This document shows positions 31,539-36,509 of a DNA stretch of 36,509 nucleotides, in pieces. The stretch covers positions 1 through 36,509 of the forward strand of contig RBNJ01000215.1 of NCBI GenBank assembly GCA_003990765.1, read 5' to 3'. The translations under genes were made by a program, and so were the position numbers. The stretch is from Jimgerdemannia flammicorona (taxonomy: Eukaryota). The notes beneath the pieces are model-generated. The model saw only the letters and a list, made by a program, of their open reading frames with translations. It searched no databases and was not told the origin of the DNA. The first letter of the stretch is position 1. Each line of letters opens with the position of its first letter.

Positions 31539-34406
31539 GTCACTTAGACTTCTTTATTATGAACTATCTAATACAATAATAATGAACCACAGACTACTAC
31601 TAACATCACATAATATATATAAGCAGAGTCTGTTAGCCAACTTCTTCTTTCCATCTTATCTCATGATCATCTAACATCAGAAACCCTTGACTCTGCTGTA
31701 TAATATCCTGTACCTTCTTCAAGGCTCCTGGCTGGAGTTGCTTCCCCTGATACCACCACCCCTGTATAACCTCCTGGAGAAGCCACTTCTACCACTCCAC
31801 TATCTCTCCAATCCCCATCCATGGGTCCTGTTCAAAAACCCACCACCAATGTACTGCCATCAAGACTCAGACCCCCAAGACTCTACCTAGGCTTTCCCAT
31901 ATATCACCAATTTCCCCTACCAGCCAGCGCTTGACCACTAGACTGATTAGGTCCTCTGTCCTTCACCTCTCTGGGCCCCAGTAATCTTCCAAACTCCACC
32001 AAAACCCTTCTACTCCTGGGTAGGCCCCCAGAACATATTCCGGTGTCTGAACAATTCCTCCATCCACCTCATTACACCACTCACAATTCCAACAGCCATT
32101 GACCTCCATCCAGCCTGTTCAATAACTCAGCATCACATTACATCTCAAGAATCACTACCAAACCACCCAGTACTTGAGTGGTATCATCTTGTATACTGAG
32201 GCTCTCCAATTCCAGATTCGGCCCCACTCTCAGTCTTCACCAATACCAGCTCTCTGCCAACCAGGCAGCCATCACTCCAGAGGGCCAGACCTGATCCACT
32301 CTATTACTTCGATTAGAGAGTACCCCTTCAGACTGTGGCCACCAACACAAAGGTCTCCCAGTCACCACCATCTCTGCCCAGGGGTTTTACCCACTTCTAT
32401 CTCAGGGCCTACCAACCTTATGGCCAGCCAGGCCTCTACAATACCCCATCAGAACCCCTTGAACCACAGTCAACCAACTCCTCCAACCTGAAGCAAGCCC
32501 CACATATCCTTCCAAACCTCACCATGAGAGCAGAACTGGACCTCCCAATTGTCCATGGCCAGCCTGCCCCAACCTTCCTCACCTAGTTCTACCATTCGGC
32601 ACCCCCACCAACCCCGAAGTACCTTCAGCTGGCACTTGAAATTCACTAGCTCCAGGCCTCCATCAGAAGTCTTCATCACTACAGTCTCCCACCCAATCTG
32701 CAGATACCTCCCATGCCACAACCACCCTTCTACAATCTTCTTCAGCCACTGCACCACCCACTCTGGGAAATCCAGATGATAACCCAGATACTACAGTTTG
32801 GGTAACCAATACACATTCAAGATCACTATTCTGCCAACCAATGAGAAGCTCCTCCCTGACCAACCCATCAGTGCACCTTCTAGCTTCTGAATCAATTCAC
32901 ACCACCACTCCTTTGGCAGGACTGTTCCATATACTGAGAACCAGATACCCAGATACCAAATAGCACTCCCTGTGGCTACCAATTGTCCGAATTGTCCATG
33001 TCCTCCTAGGCCGGCACCAAGTTCCATTGTCTCACACTTGCCCCAATTCAACTTTGCCCCTGCCAGCCTCTCATACTGTCTGACCCCTTCTTGTAGGACT
33101 TCTACATCCTCTTGACTGTCCAACCCTACAACCATGTCATCTACAAAGGTGCCTAACTGCCAGACCACCTCCCCCATCTGCAGTCCAGAGAGCCACCCCT
33201 TCAGCTATACCAGCAAAGGCTCTAAAGAAAGTACATAAAGAAGGGAGGAGAGAGGATCCCCCTGTGGTACCCCTCGCCCCAAGGCAAACTCTGGTCCACA
33301 CTAGCTATTTATCATTACTGCTGCTTGGTATCCCCATATCAAGCCCATCAGTCACTCTGCCTCTACTTCACCAAACCCTGCTCTCCTCAGAACAGCCTCC
33401 AGGTAACTCCACTACACTCTGTCATAGGCCTTCTCTTGATTCAGAAAGACCATCTGGCCATCTACCTGCTGGCTCCTACAGCTCTCTAAGACATTTGGCA
33501 CCCAAGCAGTACTATCTCTGATCTGCCTCCCCTTGACAAAGCCTCGCTACTCTTTCTCCACTAGCACACCAATATACTGCTATATCCTCCCTGCAAGAAT
33601 CTTTGACACCAACTTTCTATCCACATTCAGCAGCATGATAGGTCACCAATTACACCACACTCATCAATACCTCTTTTCCTTATATAGAAGAGAAACTAGC
33701 CCCAAGGAACTATTGCCAATCCAGCTGCCTTCCTTCAGGACAGCATTGGCCATCTCCACCAACCAGTTACCAAACTCAGTCTTGAACTCCTTCCAGAACT
33801 CCCAGGGCAATCCACCCTCCCCAGGAGATGAACCAGTCTGCATCTCTCTCAGTACTTCCAATACCTCATCTAGAGACACCTCCCCCATGACTGCCTCCCC
33901 TATCTCAGGTATCGCTGTCACTGGCCAATTGGTCACCATATTGTCATTGTCCTCCCCAAGCCAATTATCCTCAGCATGCTCCCCGCTATCCTGCCAAAGA
34001 GCTTGCCATTGACCAGATACCTCCCCTAACATGTCAGCTATCCCAGAGACCTCCACTCTATCTTTATGCAATACTGAGGCCCAACTATGTCATACTCTCC
34101 TGGCCTTCAACACACCAGACAGATATCTTGTTAGCCTCTCTCCTTCTTCCAGCCATCTAGCTCGCAGCCTGGCCAGCAGGCCATCTACCACTCTGGTCTC
34201 AGACACCCATAAATCTGCCTGCAGTTCTGCCACCTCAAAAGACAACTGGTGGCACACCTTACCAGACAAGTTCCCCTTTTCCAAAAGCTTCAATCACCAT
34301 CTCAGCCCCTTCTCTACTCTCCTTTCCTTGTCCTTCTGTTCCTTTCCAGCCACTTCTCCAACATCACGCCAGTAGGTACTGGCCAAATGTTTGAATTTTC
34401 CCCACC
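31478..34406 (-). mobile_element. Decayed L1/Tx1-like LINE (RT and C-terminal part of ORF2), interrupted by the LTR element
   Basis: 58-nt poly(T) 31478-31535; RT motifs SSPGEGGLPWEFWK, PIMLLNVDRKLVSKILAGR, GVPQGDPLS (~33250-33275), FVDD (33136-33147) and YLGIWF, with many stops. Confidence 0.9.
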
Positions 34407-34808
34407 TGTAACATTTTAGCATAGTTTATTCCTTTTCTTTGTCTTTCTCCAATATTCCACAACCTTCTGGTACTTTCCGAATGCTTAGAAATCCTTTCTT
34501 GGTGCCGAGCATTAACTAGTACTTACTTAGTTAGTCACTGAATGTCCTGGAAACTTGTAGAACTTTATTTGTCATTATTTGTCATCTCTGCTGAGAACTT
34601 TCCTCTTAGCATTTTCCTTTGATTTCTCAGATCCTTCCGGATCCTTCTTTCAGATCTTGTATAAATATCCCCTTTGTTCTCATGAATAAAGCTCAGAATA
34701 TTTTCTCCCAGAAATCCTTCGAGAACACTTGAATCCTTAGTATCTCTTCGAGCTACTTAGGACCACCAGAATTAGTCGCTTCCTCATTTAGAAACTAGAA
34801 CCGTTACA
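34407..34808 (+). repeat. 5' LTR (402 bp) of a Ty3/Gypsy-like element
   Basis: Inverted termini TGTAAC...GTTACA; TATAAATA at 34660-34667 and AATAAA at 34685-34690; LINE sequence stops abruptly at 34406. The partner LTR is outside the window. Confidence 0.85.
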
Positions 34809-34810
34809 CT

Positions 34811-34822
34811 TGGTAGCAGCAG
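34811..34822 (+). promoter_or_regulatory. Primer-binding site, probably initiator tRNA-Met
   Basis: TGGTAGCAGCAG 2 nt after the LTR end; TGGTAGC is complementary to the 3' end typical of eukaryotic tRNAiMet. Confidence 0.7.
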
Positions 34823-34876
34823 TGAAGTTACACCTAGCCTTATCAAGACATCTCTCAAGATATCAGTCACAACACT

Positions 34877-36509
34877 ATGGAGGACAACAGGTAGAACTCT
34901 TCATACAATGCCTATGGTCCAGGCAATGCCTCTTACCATCAGCAAGAAGAAGAAGAGGAACAGCCAATTCCCACCCAGTCAACCGGGTCCATCGAGAGTC
35001 TTTTGCAAACTGCATTTGCTCAGATTGCCCAACTTCAAGAACACATAGAAAGAAAGGAAAGCAAGGCCCCCGCTCATACCTCCACACCTCCACCGACATC
35101 AATACATCCAACGGCAGTCACTATCAAGCTGCAGAAGCCTGACACCTTTGATGGTCAAAGAGGAGGACTGTCTACTGATGCCTGGCTTTTCCAATTAGAG
35201 CAATATGGAGAACTGACCAATTTGGAAGAAACAACACTAGTCCAATTTGCTGCCACACTCCTCCGAGGGAATGCTGCAATCTGGTGGCGAAATCATGTCC
35301 AGAACACCAGATTCTCTGGCCGAATCAAGACCTAGGGTGAGTTCTCTGATGCTATTCAAGGCCAATTCAAACCAGTCAACAGCACCAAGGCCACACGAGA
35401 CCGTCTGACAAATGTCAAACAACTCAAGTCTGTGCAAGCATACAATGCACAATTCCTGTCAATCCTGCTAGAATTACCACATGTCACTGAAGACGAGAAG
35501 GTTGACAAGTACATCCGAGGTTTGAAAGGTCAAACCCGAGTTCGTGTTGAACTAGAAGAACCCAAGGACCTAGACACAGCAATGAAAATTGCTGATAGGT
35601 TTGATGTCATCACCTATGGTCACCACTTTGAACAGAAGAGACCACCTTTCAACAACAACAACAACAACCACAGAAGGGAGGAACCCAAAGTCAGAACTGT
35701 TAGACCTGCCCCCATGGATCTAGACACCATTGATAAGAACAAGAAAGGCAAGCTTACACCCGAGGAAAAGGAGTACCTCAAGAAGGCTGGAGCCTGCTTC
35801 TTTTGCCATCAGCCTGGTCACATTGCAACCAAATGTCCCAAGAAAACCTCAGAACCAAAGAGGATCCTGGTCCTGTCCAAAGACACTCAAGGTCAACCAG
35901 TCAAACAAGAAGTTGTACTCAATTTCATACAAGTCAACCCCAAGGCCCAGATCCCTCAAGTACAGTCAGAAGGAGCCATTGGTTTGGACCTTCAAGCAGT
36001 ACAACAAGTCACTATTCCGGCACATGAAAGAAGGCTCATCCCAACTGGCCTTTCAGTCGAAATCCCCAAGGAACATTATGCAAGAATTGTGCCAAGATCT
36101 GGCCTCAGCTTCAAGCACTCATTGGATGTTGGTGCTGGAGTCATAGACCCTGACTTTCGAGGTGAAATGCAAGTTCTGCTAGTCAACCACAAGAACCAGC
36201 CATATACCGTCAATGAAGGAGATAGAATTGCACAGCTCATTCTGGAGCGAGCCACCCTACCAGTTGTCAAAGAAGTCACCAAGCTATCTTCAACCAAGCG
36301 AGATCAGAAAGGCTTTGGCAGCACTGACAAAGTTGCAAGCATAGCTGAGAGCCGAGCCAATTCAATGCTCATTTTCAAAGGCCTAGTCAAGGGACAAGAA
36401 CTAGATGTTCTCATAGACAGCGGAGCTGTTGGGAACTTCATCAACAAGAACCTCATCGACAAGCTCAAGATTCTCACCAAACCAGCTGGCAAGAATGGTG
36501 GAGTTGTCA
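34877..36509 (+). mobile_element. LTR-retrotransposon polyprotein gag-CCHC-dUTPase-aspartic protease (continues past the window; two premature TAG codons in gag)
   Basis: One frame from ATG 34877: KPDTFDG..AWL..LRGNAAIWW (gag), PMDLD, CFFCHQPGHIATKC (35795-35836), dUTPase 35918-36325 and VLIDSGAVGNFI (DSG at 36416-36424). Stops at 34892-34894 and 35333-35335. Confidence 0.92.
35918..36325 (+). CDS. dut: Trimeric-type dUTPase domain within the retrotransposon polyprotein
   Basis: All five motifs in order: AIGLDL, PRSG, GVIDPDFRGE, GDRIAQL, RDQKGFGST; no stops in this segment. Confidence 0.93.

Noticed and set aside
31469..31543. Poly(T) as a separate insertion with TSD TATAGTC(T/A)C
   Set aside because: The poly(T) directly follows an AATAAA-hairpin LINE end, so a LINE tail is the simpler reading; the short match may be chance.
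35333..35335. Programmed stop read-through in the LTR element
   Set aside because: The TAG lies inside the capsid region at a position usually Trp, not at a gag-pol junction; a second TAG at 34892 also points to decay.
35918..36325. Host housekeeping dUTPase gene
   Set aside because: It has no start, stop or introns of its own and is continuous with gag and protease.

Overview
Eukaryotic (fungal) genomic DNA, plausibly from an early-diverging Mucoromycota-type fungus; that assignment is an inference from gene content, intron style and CpG-depleted transposons. The window has three zones. (1) 1-3860: CpG-depleted and AT-rich, with two copies of a ~1.2-kb poly(A)-tailed retroposon (family A). 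(2) ~3900-30300: CpG-rich, built largely from a repeatedly duplicated and inverted cassette. It holds 7 copies of an Mcp1/DUF1691-like membrane-protein gene (1 intact), 4 copies plus fragments of an intronless atypical Zn(II)2Cys6 gene (1-2 intact) and two unidentified partner families. It also contains a decayed NAD(P)H nitrite reductase gene, a frameshifted secreted-protein gene, a hAT-type MITE, a 34-bp minisatellite and two ultra-short retroposon insertions. (3) 30380-36509: a transposon nest made of a third family-A copy, a decayed L1/Tx1-like LINE, and a Ty3/Gypsy-like LTR element. The element's single reading frame, largely missed by the ORF track, reads gag-CCHC-dUTPase-aspartic protease. 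No CRISPR array, rRNA or convincing tRNA is present. All calls were made by eye and boundaries of degenerate copies are approximate.
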